64,000 nucleotides of DNA, taken from positions 19,778,001-19,842,000 of the forward strand of contig NW_026262637.1 in NCBI RefSeq assembly GCF_021869535.1. The letters run 5' to 3'. The notes beneath the pieces were generated by a model. That model saw only the letters and a program-made list of their open reading frames with translations, had not been told where the DNA came from and searched no databases. The translations under genes were made by a program, and so were the position numbers. Source of the stretch: Mytilus californianus (lineage: Eukaryota). Of the stretch, positions 38,301 through 47,841 are shown piece by piece. How positions within the stretch are numbered: the first letter of the stretch is position 1; each line of letters begins with the position of its first letter.

Positions 38301-41001
38301 AGCTTTATACAAATAGTTTATGCCATTGCCATCACAGCCGCTGGATAGTCATACCTATGTCTCGCAAGGCGAGACAAAAATTAATACATTTATTTTGTAT
38401 GGTAACTAAGCTGGCATCAATAACCTCTTGTTTGTAGTGGCAAAGTTAGTGGAATAGCCTTGAGTTGTTTTCTATGGTCTGTCTAGCTTTTTTATGTTCT
38501 GATGCTCTTAAGAGTTCTATGCATTTGACCTTCAAAACTTTTGATCTTGAGAATACCTGAATGAGGTTAATCATGAAACGTTTTGTGCACTAAAATCAGT
38601 ATATTATTATATCTATTCTTAATTTATCAGGAGTAATTCAGCTTTAAATTCACCTACTCACAAAACTTTATGTTCAATTTCAGGGAAGATACCACATATT
38701 CAGAATTTATTGCATGCATTTATTAATGGGAATCTCAAACAACTTCAAACAATGTGATAATAACTTAATATGCTTTTTATACATGTTGTAGTAGAAAAGT
38801 TCTAGCAAAAACTCAGAGGATAATTTTAAGGATTGCAATGATCCCCGTATCACAGTACATTAATAAAAACATGTATAATTTCAGATTTTACAGTATTAAA
38901 GTCATTATGTGAACATGATTTGAATGAAGATTAGTTTTACCTTAAACAGTCCATGATGATGTACAACTCCATCCTGATTGTGAAGTAAAGACAACAAAGA
39001 ATATTCTGTGTGTAACAACATTTTCCCTTGTCTATCATCTTGGCTCTCTTCTCTCGGGTCAGACAGGGTTAAAATCTATAACATAGACCATGCAATAGTA
39101 AAGCAAAAATTGACATAAACTTCTACAAGTGTCATCAACAATTCCTTACTGGTCACATGGGATTGAAATCAGTCGCGTAATTTATCCTGCAATTGACCTT
39201 TCTACTATGCAAATACAGGATGACAGATACAAATGTAACATAAACCGATAAACATATACTAGATGATTATAGTCTCCTGGTATCCAGCTTTCGTTGCGAG
39301 CAAACGGTTTTGTTCAAATTACTGTTTAGAAAACAGTTCAATTTGGGGTCCTTATTGCGGTCCGTGTTTAAGTCATCTTGATTTCATTCCACAACAATTT
39401 GTATTGGAAAAAAACTTTACATTTAAGATCAATATTCAATTGCAGGATAAAAACGATATTCGTACAATGTAGGAAAATATAGAATTTAGTTGTACTCAAT
39501 ACAAAACAGTAGAAAAGCTTTATGTTGGTAGTTGATGTCTTTGTATATTTTCTAAGAGGAGTTGGTGTGGTCTGTTGTATTCTCGTCAAAAAATATAATA
39601 ATTAATTTTAAAATAACAAAGTAGAGCATCCACTCTTTACTTTACAATAATTAATTCTATATTTTCTGTAATCAGCACTACTTTTTCATTATACTACCCC
39701 TACTCTACATGGTAATTACATTCAACGTGTTAAGTCTGTTTGTTTTTGTTATAATACAAAGTTTTGACCAGGAACAATGGTCATTAAAAGCAATTATTCT
39801 CCTGAAAACAAAAAAGAAGTTTGCCATATTTGATGAAGATTCATAACCTTGTAATACATTTATGCTAATATGTTTTTCAATTTTTGTTTTACTTCTGCTT
39901 GATTTTTGGTTCTAAACTTGAAAATCTTATTTTTGCTGGGATTTGTACAAAGTTTGAGAAGTTAGCTCAAGATGTATTGTCTGCAAAACACACTGATAAA
40001 ATTTTGGCCAACATTGTATAGCTTCAAAACAGCAATGGAAACAGACTTGGACTTTATACTTGTTATACATATAAAAGCAAAACAAAGATTGCCAGCACGG
40101 CAACCATTTTATAATACCTTTATAGTGTAGAATTTATCTGTCCCATCTTTCCTTGCCAAACACTGTACGATACTTCTGACAGGAGAAGATCCTTGTCGTG
40201 GTCCTATAATAAGATTTCATAATATTATTATATGAAGCCAACTTGAGACATTTTCATTAAAATCTGTCTTCAATAAATATCAATTATCAAGAAGTATCTT
40301 ACTGTGTAAAACAGTCATGGTGCTCAACCACAGGCCCACCAGCCCAGGCTTGTAAAAATGCTGTCGGGCCTTTAAAAATGATCTCTACAGGCCAATAGAA
40401 TCTAACTAAAATTTTCGTAAAATTCAGCATTGGGTCTGTAGATTCAAAAGTTTATGGTGAAGACTGGTAAAATGATAATTTTTTCTGATAAACTGACCTT
40501 ACCATAAGAACTTTGAATTCTTGGCTTCTTACGAATCATCTTTCCTGTTTTTATCATGTAGCATGAGTGATTTCTAAGGTGTTTACATGTCGAATGTTAC
40601 ATAGGGTTTGTTTATGATGTGATTTCTGGTATGAATCTGAGTTTTAAAAAAATGACCCCGACTATTTAAGTTGTCATAAAATGACCAAAATCTCATGATT
40701 TTTTTTAGAGATCCTTGCTAGTACTATATTCATGTAGATAAAAAGTCCAGCTTTCCCCTTCTTCTGTGGAAGATGGGTTTAATCTTTGGACCTTACTTCA
40801 AATTTCTAGTCTACAATCGAAACATCCTTTAATAAAATTAACAAAATCTGTAGAATTTATCTTGTCTTATTCTATATATTTGTTACCTAACAGATAAGGT
40901 CCAGCTTTCCTGACTTCTGCGGAAGGTGGATTTAATCTTTGGACCTTACTACTAGTGGATTGCTGGTTTAAGGAGGAAACTCCTAAGGACCTTTTCATCA
41001 T
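20002..41001 (-). CDS. STK40: Serine/threonine kinase 40 (SgK495, Tribbles-related pseudokinase). Coding exons: 41001-40887, 40203-40118, 39075-38941, 29820-29587, 28844-28676, 22222-22078, 21254-21135, 20341-20002; 1344 nt = 447 aa + stop
   Basis: All introns are GT-AG with matching phases. Diagnostic motifs: KAGPYLLGPRQGSSPVRSIVQCLARK, QGKMLLHTEYSLLSLL, LCLVLDCL, HRDLKLGNMVLN, ITNFCLG (DFG replaced by NFC), DQRGSPAYISPDVLSG, KPSDMWALGVVLFTMLYGQFPFYD, and C-terminal GPLQVVPDIDD (COP1-binding VP motif). Confidence 0.97.
21135..21254 (-). CDS. STK40: STK40 coding exon 7 (DGRVSED...LLDKW)
   Basis: 120 nt, phases 2 to 2, GTGAGT donor. Confidence 0.95.
22078..22222 (-). CDS. STK40: STK40 coding exon 6 (KPYLGKPSDMW...EFTMP)
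   Basis: 145 nt, phases 1 to 2, AG|GTATGA donor. Confidence 0.94.
22223..22525 (-). repeat. Tandem array of duplicated intron 5/exon 6 junctions (alternating 63- and 78-bp units)
   Basis: Exon-start equivalents lie at 22285, 22363, 22426 and 22504, each preceded by TATAATTT(T/C)AG and encoding (KPYL)GKPSDMWALGVVLF. Confidence 0.93.
24589..25414 (+). CDS. Last two coding exons (24589-24800, 25122-25414) of an unidentified gene nested antisense in STK40 intron 5
   Basis: Acceptors TCTCAG and TTTCAG, donor G|GTATGT. The phase-1 junction joins two separate ORFs in frame (...VVQLSML|DTKIHRLDQQIF...FSRTA*), about 167 codons. Upstream exons were not found. Confidence 0.6.
26941..27117. mobile_element. 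177-bp MITE, TIR CAGTGTTCTCC(C/T)CAG, 5-bp TSD ACAAT (hAT5-like)
   Basis: The TIRs and the duplicated ACAAT at 26936-26940 and 27118-27122 are seen directly. Confidence 0.9.
27240..28478. mobile_element. HINE-like element (27240-27540 + 28300-28478) with a second HINE-like element nested inside it (about 27541-28300, ~170-bp tandem cores)
   Basis: The host repeats GATCAGCACTGAT..AAAATCTGGCAAGAATTG resume after the insert. Terminal hairpins are ATGCCCCC..GGGGGCAT and TGTCCCCC..GGGGGACA. Related host repeats occur at 22600-23590. Confidence 0.7.
28676..28844 (-). CDS. STK40: STK40 coding exon 5 (KNLVHRDLK...DVLS)
   Basis: 169 nt, phases 0 to 1, contains the catalytic loop. Confidence 0.96.
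29587..29820 (-). CDS. STK40: STK40 coding exon 4 (DEALED...VESLHR)
   Basis: 234 nt, phases 0 to 0, canonical splice sites. Confidence 0.95.
30225..31126. mobile_element. Non-autonomous DNA transposon (ends ...CTATACAAGCACGATTACGGTA) nested in a HINE-like element (30134-30215 + 31127-31775)
   Basis: Inverted GCTTGTATAG/CTATACAAGC and repeated GGGGTGCGGACTAT motifs. The 5643-family head lies before it and its core repeats resume after it. Confidence 0.6.
33751..37533. mobile_element. 3.8-kb TTAA-inserting element with short TIRs (Kolobok-like); no transposase seen; contains the assembly gap
   Basis: TTAA|AGGGAAAATTCGCGA ... TTGCGAAGTTTCCCT|TTAA (TIR 13/15). Purine-start TIRs with a TTAA TSD fit Kolobok rather than piggyBac (CCY). 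Confidence 0.8.
36062..36212. other. Assembly gap (151 N)
   Basis: Run of N. Confidence 1.
38941..39075 (-). CDS. STK40: STK40 coding exon 3 (ILTL...HHHGLFK)
   Basis: 135 nt, phases 0 to 0, canonical splice sites. Confidence 0.95.
40118..40203 (-). CDS. STK40: STK40 coding exon 2 (PRQGSSPVRSIVQCLARKDGTDKFYTIK)
   Basis: TAG acceptor, GTATTA donor, phases 1 to 0. Confidence 0.95.
40312..40466. mobile_element. 155-bp MITE, CAGTC...GACTG termini, 6-bp TSD GTAAAA
   Basis: GTAAAA at 40306-40311 and 40467-40472. Confidence 0.75.
40887..41001 (-). CDS. STK40: STK40 first coding exon (MMKRSLG...KAGPYLL)
   Basis: ATG at 41001 and a G|GTAACA donor. The exon's acceptor is probably at 41072, giving a 71-nt leader. 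Confidence 0.9.
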
Positions 41002-42445
41002 TTAATCCCATCATAACTGTCTTCTTTCTTTGGTCGTCATGGTTGATCCACAGATTAAAAATCACTTTAAATCTATAAAGACATGTTCATAAACTAGTTA
41101 CGTGTACACTCATTTATTTATTACTACAGAAAAATATTTGATCATACATTAATCAACAAAGATTGGAAGACTAAACACATTTATTTAAAAACCAGTTGTT
41201 GGCATGACACGGGTTATGTTCTTCTCATATATGTTATGATGGTATGATACTAAACCCCTAACGGGAAGGATTGTGCCTGATATTCATATGATGAAGACAT
41301 AATCTTTCAATCAGTTTAATTGAAGTCTGGAGCTGGCATGTCAGTTAACTGCTAGTAGTCTGTTGTTATTTATGTATTATTGTCATTTTGTTTATTTTCT
41401 TTGGTTACATCTTCTGACATCAGACTCGGACTTCTCTTGAACTGAATTTTAATGTGCGTATTGTTATGCGTTTACTTTTCTACATTGGCTAGAGGTATAG
41501 GGGGAGGGTTGAGATCTCATAAACATGTTTAACCCCGCCGCATTTTTGCGCCTGTCCCAAGTCAGGAGCCTCTAGCCTTTGTTAGTCTTGTATTATTTTT
41601 AATTTTAGTTTCTTGTGTACAATTTGGAGTTTAGTATGGCGTTCATTATCACTGAACTAGTATATATATTTGTTTAGGGGCCAGCTGAAGGACGCCTCCG
41701 GGTGCGGGAATTTCTCGCTGCATTGAAGACCTGTTGGTGACCTTCTGCTGTTGTCTGTTCTATGGTCGGGTTGTTGTCTCTTTGACACATTCCCCATTTC
41801 CATTCTCAATTTTAATTCCACTCCAGCATACATGACAATGATGTAGTTAAATGATGTTGATAATAAAAGGATGAAAAATAAAGTTACATTTTTGTAAGAT
41901 GTACATTTGCATATAGAGCTTAGCCTGTAGGATAAATCATACGGACTTAAATATAGTCAGGACGGTGTAGAAGAAATAAATTTTTCACTTGCACAAATGA
42001 TTCAATTGGATAGACAAAGTCGTTTATTGGAGGAAAGCTATCATTTTAGCAACTGATATATGCTGATACACAAATAAGGACAATAGGTTCGGTTGAATGA
42101 GAAAAAGTTGGCACTTCAAGTACATGAAGAAGCAGTGTTTCCCCCAAGCATGTTTAGCATGGATAGACGCCATGCCCTTTTTTGTCTTAATGACGCCATT
42201 ATCTCAAAAAATGCCCTTTCTTCCTGTCTTCATGTTTCTGGCAAGTTTATGGCCCTCAGCTAATTAACATTTACAACAGGTGTTATAAAGTTGTGATTAC
42301 AGTTAATCCGCTTATCGCCATCAGATGGGTCACTAATCCGTTAATTATTAATAAACCTCATAATTGACTGCCATAATAATTTTCCCCAGTAAAATCAGTC
42401 AGTTGGCATTTTAATTTCAATATTTCTCAAGGCCAACTACCACAA

Positions 42446-43678
42446 TTTGCTATTGTGCAATACTGTGCAATTGAAAATTTCTTGCTATTGCACAATTCTT
42501 ATTATATAATAATTTACACATCCTGTTTGGTGTGTATCTCCTACCATATCATTATTATTTGCTTTTAAATATAAAACAGAGAAATAACCAACTTAAAATG
42601 AAAATTTTAAAAGAAAAAAAAAAGGAAAAAAAAAAAAAAAATCCCCCCCCCCCCAATTTTTTGAACCCCCTTATGATTCATCACCCCCAAACTCAATCCC
42701 AGCCTTCCCTTTGTGGTATGGTACCTTGCAGTACAATTTCAGAGAGATCCATACACTTGAACACAAGTTATTGTCTGGAAACTAGAAAAATGCTTATTTT
42801 TGGCCCCTTTCTGACCCCCAATTCCTAAACATTTTGGGCAATTACCCCCAAACTCAATTCCAGCTTTCCCTTTGTGATATGGAACCTTGTAGTACAATTT
42901 CAGAAAGATCCATACACTTACACACAAGTTATTATCATGAAACTAGAAAAATGCGTGTTTTTTGCCCCTTTTTTGGCCCCTAATTCCTAATATTTTGAGG
43001 CAATTACCCCCAAAATCAATCCCAGCATTCCCTGTGTGATATGGAACCTTGTGGTACAATTTCAGAGAGATCCATACACTTGAACACAAGTTATTGTCTG
43101 GAAACTAGAAAAATGCTTATTTTTGGCCCCTTTTTGGCCCCTTATTCCTAAACGTTTTGGGCAATTACTCCCAAACTCAATTCCAGCTTTTCCTTAAATT
43201 TGTGATATGAAACCTTGTAGTACAATTTCAGAAAGATCCATACACTTACACACAAGTTATTGTCATGAAACTAGAAAAATGCTTGTTTTTTGCCCCTTTT
43301 TTGGCCCCTAATTCCTAATATTTGGAGGCAATTACCCAAAAAATCAATCCCAGCATTCCCTGTGTGATATGGAACCTTGTGGCACAATGTCAGAGAGATC
43401 CATATACTAACACACAAGTTATGTCTGGAAGTTACAAAAATGCTTAATTTTGGCCCCTTTTTGGCCCCTAATTCCTTAACTGTTAGTACCATAACCCCCA
43501 AAATCAATCCCAACCTTCCTTTTGTGGTATTGAACCTTATGGTAAAATTTCATAGAGATCCATTCACTTAAACTAAAGTTAGAGTGTGAAAAACCAATGT
43601 GTCTTCGGACGACGAAAATTGACGACGCCAACGTCATACCAATATACGACCGCAAAAATTTTTGCAGCCGTATAAAAA
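42446..43678 (+). mobile_element. 5'-truncated HINE-like copy
   Basis: Has the CTTGCTATTG.GCAATAC segment, ~130-bp cores and the tail GGACGACG..TATACGACCGCAAAAATTTTTGC..CGTATAAAAA. Confidence 0.85.
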
Positions 43679-43802
43679 TTATACAACACAAAAATCGTTT
43701 TTAGAAAGTCACTTCATTTTAAAACAATGAACAAAAAAAATATTTATAGCAATACACTAACCAAAATACGATTGAAAAATTATTTAACACAAAATCAATA
43801 AT

Positions 43803-46080
43803 AAAATGCTTCGCTGGGCGCAGCTTGATACGACCGCAGAGGTCGAACCCTGAACAGTTGGGGCAAGTATGGACACAACATTCAAGCTTGATACAGCTCT
43901 GAATTTGGATTGTGATTAAATATTTGACACAGCATAGGTTTCTGACACAGAAAGAATGTGGTCTAAGAACTTCAATTTTTTTAATTTACCTATTATGGTC
44001 CAATGTCCAAAATCAAAATACATGGTTAGATTCAGCATATCAAATAACCCCATATATTCAATTTTTGTTGAAATCAAACAAAGTTTAATTTTGGACCCCA
44101 ACTTGGACAAACTTGAAAACTGGTCCCATAATCAAAAATCTAAACACATGTTTAGATTCAGCATATCAAAGAACCCCAAAAATTCAATTTTTGTTAAAAT
44201 CAAACTAAGTTTAATTTTGGACCCTTTGGACCTTAATGTAGACAATTTAAAAAACAGGACCCAAAATTAAAAATCTAAATACACGGTTAGATTTGGCATA
44301 TCAAAGAACCCCAATTATTCAATTTTTGATGAAATCAAACAAAGTTTAATTTTGGACCCTTTTGACCTCAATATGAACCAATTTGATAGCGGGCCCACAA
44401 ATAAAAAATCTAAATACATGGTAAGATTCAGCATATCAAAGAACCCCATATATTCAATTTTTGTTGAAATCAAACAAAGTTTAATTTTGGACCCCAATTT
44501 GGACCAACTTGAAAACTGGGCAAAAATCTAAAATCTAAATACATGTTTAGATTCAGCATATCAAAGAACCCCTTATATTCAATTTTTGTTGAAATCAAAC
44601 AAAGTTTAATTTTGGACCCCAACTTCGACCAACTTGAAAACTGGGCCCATAATCAAAAATCTAAACACATGTTTAGATTCAGCATATCAAAGAACCCTAA
44701 GAATTCAATTTTTGTTAAAATCAAACTAAGTTTAATTTTGGACCCTTTGGACCTTAATGTAGACCAATTTAAAAAACGGGACCCAAAATTAAAAATCTAA
44801 ATACACGGTTAGAATCGGCATATCAAAGAACCCCAATAATTCAATTTTTGATGAAATCAAACAAAGTTAAATTTTGGACCCTTTGGACCTCAATGTGGAC
44901 CAATTTAAAAACGGGGCCCAAAATCCAAAAACTTAATACACGGTTAGATTCAGCATATTAAAGAACTCCAAGAATTCAAGAATAAAACCCCATTGAAATT
45001 GATCAAGAAATAAGCAATTTATACGAAGTATCTTCTTTTGCACAATACTGTGCAATTGAATATTTCTTGCTATTGCGCAATACTGTACAATTGACAATTT
45101 CTTGCTATTGCGCAATATTGTGCTATTGGATATTTCTTGCTATTGCGCAATACTGTTAAATTGAAGATTTCTTGCTATTGCGCAATACTGTGCAATTGAA
45201 GATTTCTTGCTATTGTGCAATACTGTGCAATTGAAAATTTCTTGCTATTGCACAATACTTATTATATAATAATTTACACATCCTGTTTGGTATGTATCTC
45301 CTACCATATCATTATTATTTGCTTTTAAATATAAATCAGAAATAACCAACTTAAAATGGAAAATTTTAAAAGAAAAAAAAAAGGAAAAAAAGAAAAAAAA
45401 AAAAAAAAAAAAATCCCCCCCCAAATTTTTTGAACCCCCTTATGATTCATCACCCCCAAACTCAATCCCAGCCTTCCCTTTGTGGTATGGTACCTTGCAG
45501 TACAATTTCAGAGAGATCCATACACTTGAACACAAGTTATTGTCTGGAAACTAGAAAAATGCTTATTTTTGGCCCCTTTTTGGCCCCCAATTCCTAAACG
45601 TTTCGGGCAATCACCCCCAAACTCAATTTCAGCTTTCCCTTTGTGATATGGAACCTTGTAGTACAATTTCAGAAATATCCAAACACTTACACACAAGTTA
45701 TTGTCATGAAACTAGAAAAATGCTTGTTTTTTGCCCCTTTTTTGGCCCCTAATTCCTAAAATTTTGAGGCAATTACCCCCAAAATCAATTACAGCCTTCC
45801 CTTTGTGATATGGAACCTTGTGGTACAATGTCAGAGAGATCCATACACTTACACACAAGTTATTGTCTGAAAGTTACAAAAATGCTTATTTTTGGCCCCT
45901 TTTTGGCCCCTAATTCCTTAACTGTTGGTACCATAACCCCCAAAATCAATCCCAACCTTCCTTTCGTGGTATTGAACCTTATGGTGAAATTTCATGGAGA
46001 TCCATTCACTTAAACTAAAGTTAGAGTGCGAAAACCAATGTGTCTTCGGACGACGCCAGACGACGCTGGACGACGACGAC

Positions 46081-46111
<31 letters not shown>

Positions 46112-46168
46112 CCAACGTCATACCAATATACGACCAAAAAATTTTTAATTTTTGCGGTCGTATAAAAA
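43803..46168 (+). mobile_element. Full-length modular HINE-like element: head, ~120-bp array A, 33-bp array, ~130-bp array B, (GAC)n microsatellite, terminal hairpin
   Basis: All modules are visible in order. The ORFs at 43271-46335 are translations of these repeats. Confidence 0.85.
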
Positions 46169-47083
46169 GGGTGCGAACGGACCCGGGGTGCGAACGTGAA
46201 TGGGCCCGGATTCATACTTTACCAATGCAATATGACAATTTATTGCCTTTCTTGTTTTCAGCATACTGTAGGTGCTCTTTTGTTAATTTTCCTTACACTA
46301 TAGGTGCCCTTTTTATAAATTTTAGCATGCTCTAGATGCCCTTTTTCAATTAAGTTACCATGCCCTTTTTGTGTGATAGGGGAAACACTAAGAAGGTTAT
46401 GATTCTCTGAAGTGAAATTAAAGACATCAACATTGTGGAGGACTGAGGAGTGTCAAAAATAAAAGAATTGGAAGGGCTGTCTCACAAAATCATAGTATTT
46501 TTTCACAAGAAACACTTGTGATAACTTTCACAAATAACACTTGTCTGTGAAATTCTCATATTTGACCATCAACACATATCTAAATACTAGAAACACTGCT
46601 GACTATAATTTGCAATAATTCTTTTGAAAAGTGTCAAAGGGAGATGACTTTTCATAGCCCAAAATCAAGCTAATTAAGCTGAAAGGTAACCAGCTAAAAA
46701 TGTAAGTAACCGAGCCTGTTTAACCAGATAACAGTTGTCTTAAATCGTCTAAGCAAGCTTCACATACAAGACAACTTTGAATACAAATGAGGGTGATGTG
46801 ATACAATATCATGTATTAGTCAATTGGGTCTGGATAAGTCACATGCACTTTCTTCTGAAACATTGTGGAGCAAGAGAAGGATTGCCGATTGGGTCCAAAA
46901 ACTAAAGAAGAGCTTGTGAGATGAATCCGAAGAAACGATGGAATGGATTTATTTCATGATAAGTTCCTAAATTCTTTATCATCCCTTATATATAAAAATG
47001 CGATCATGCAGACATCAACCTATAATAGCTAGTGAATTACTTGTATTTCGTGTTGAAATATCATGCTGTCAAATTGCAACTAG

Positions 47084-47091
47084 CCGGAAGT
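47084..47091. promoter_or_regulatory. ETS-type CCGGAAGT motif in a CpG-richer island; candidate STK40 promoter region
   Basis: The motif is seen, and it lies upstream of the STK40 coding exons. No transcript evidence is available. Confidence 0.3.
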
Positions 47092-47841
47092 TATATTTTC
47101 CTCAATGTCTTCTAGACGTTTTACAAATTGTTCTGAAACTCCTAAATACATCACGCGATCCCGTGTGTATATTAAAAAAAAACCCCGAATATTTGAGTTT
47201 GAATGTCCCTTTGGTATCTTTCGCCTCTCTTTTTCAATGAATCCAATTTTGTATTCGTTATTGAGCAAAAGAGATATTTGATTGGGTCAATTACGGTGCG
47301 CATTGCTGAGCATATTTATCTTTTATAACAGAATAAATAGGCAGTGGCTATTTTGCCGGCTCTATCATCAGTGAAATTTTGATATGTACTTTTAATCTGG
47401 GACTATTATACTATAATGTATTATGTCCCAGTTTAAATTGATTTAAAATTTACATACTAGTACACAATTTCAGTAAATTGGTGATCTCCAAATGACTCTA
47501 ACGCTAACGCTCGTACTTAATCATGAAGAATGGGATTATCATTCTCTTCAAGTACATATACCAAGAAAAAGAAAACTGTTTAGTCTTATTAACTACAATA
47601 AAACAAATCATGTCCAGTAAAAATGTGAGAAGGGAGTGAGATTGCTGCTAAAGCTGTTAGTTGAGATTTCTTGATCACAGAAGACCTTGCTGAAAATAAA
47701 CCAGAACTTGTCATCTAGACAGTTTGTTTGGATCAATCAACCTTGGTTTAATAACGAAGTACTGTGACTGAGATGCATGGAGATCTGTCCAAAATATCCA
47801 CTTGGAAAAGCAAATGAATTTAATGTACATTTTCAAAATGT

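Larger units (their letters stand above)
42133..46390. mobile_element. MITE (TIR YAGTGTTTCCCC, 5-bp TSD AGAAG) expanded to 4.26 kb by two nested HINE-like copies
   Basis: AGAAG at 42128-42132 and 46391-46395, TIR 11/12, and ATGCCCTTTT subterminal motifs at both ends. Confidence 0.8.

Noticed and set aside
42532-46335. Many 60-113 aa ORFs, including poly-D, poly-S and poly-V
   Set aside because: Translations of HINE arrays and the (GAC)n microsatellite.
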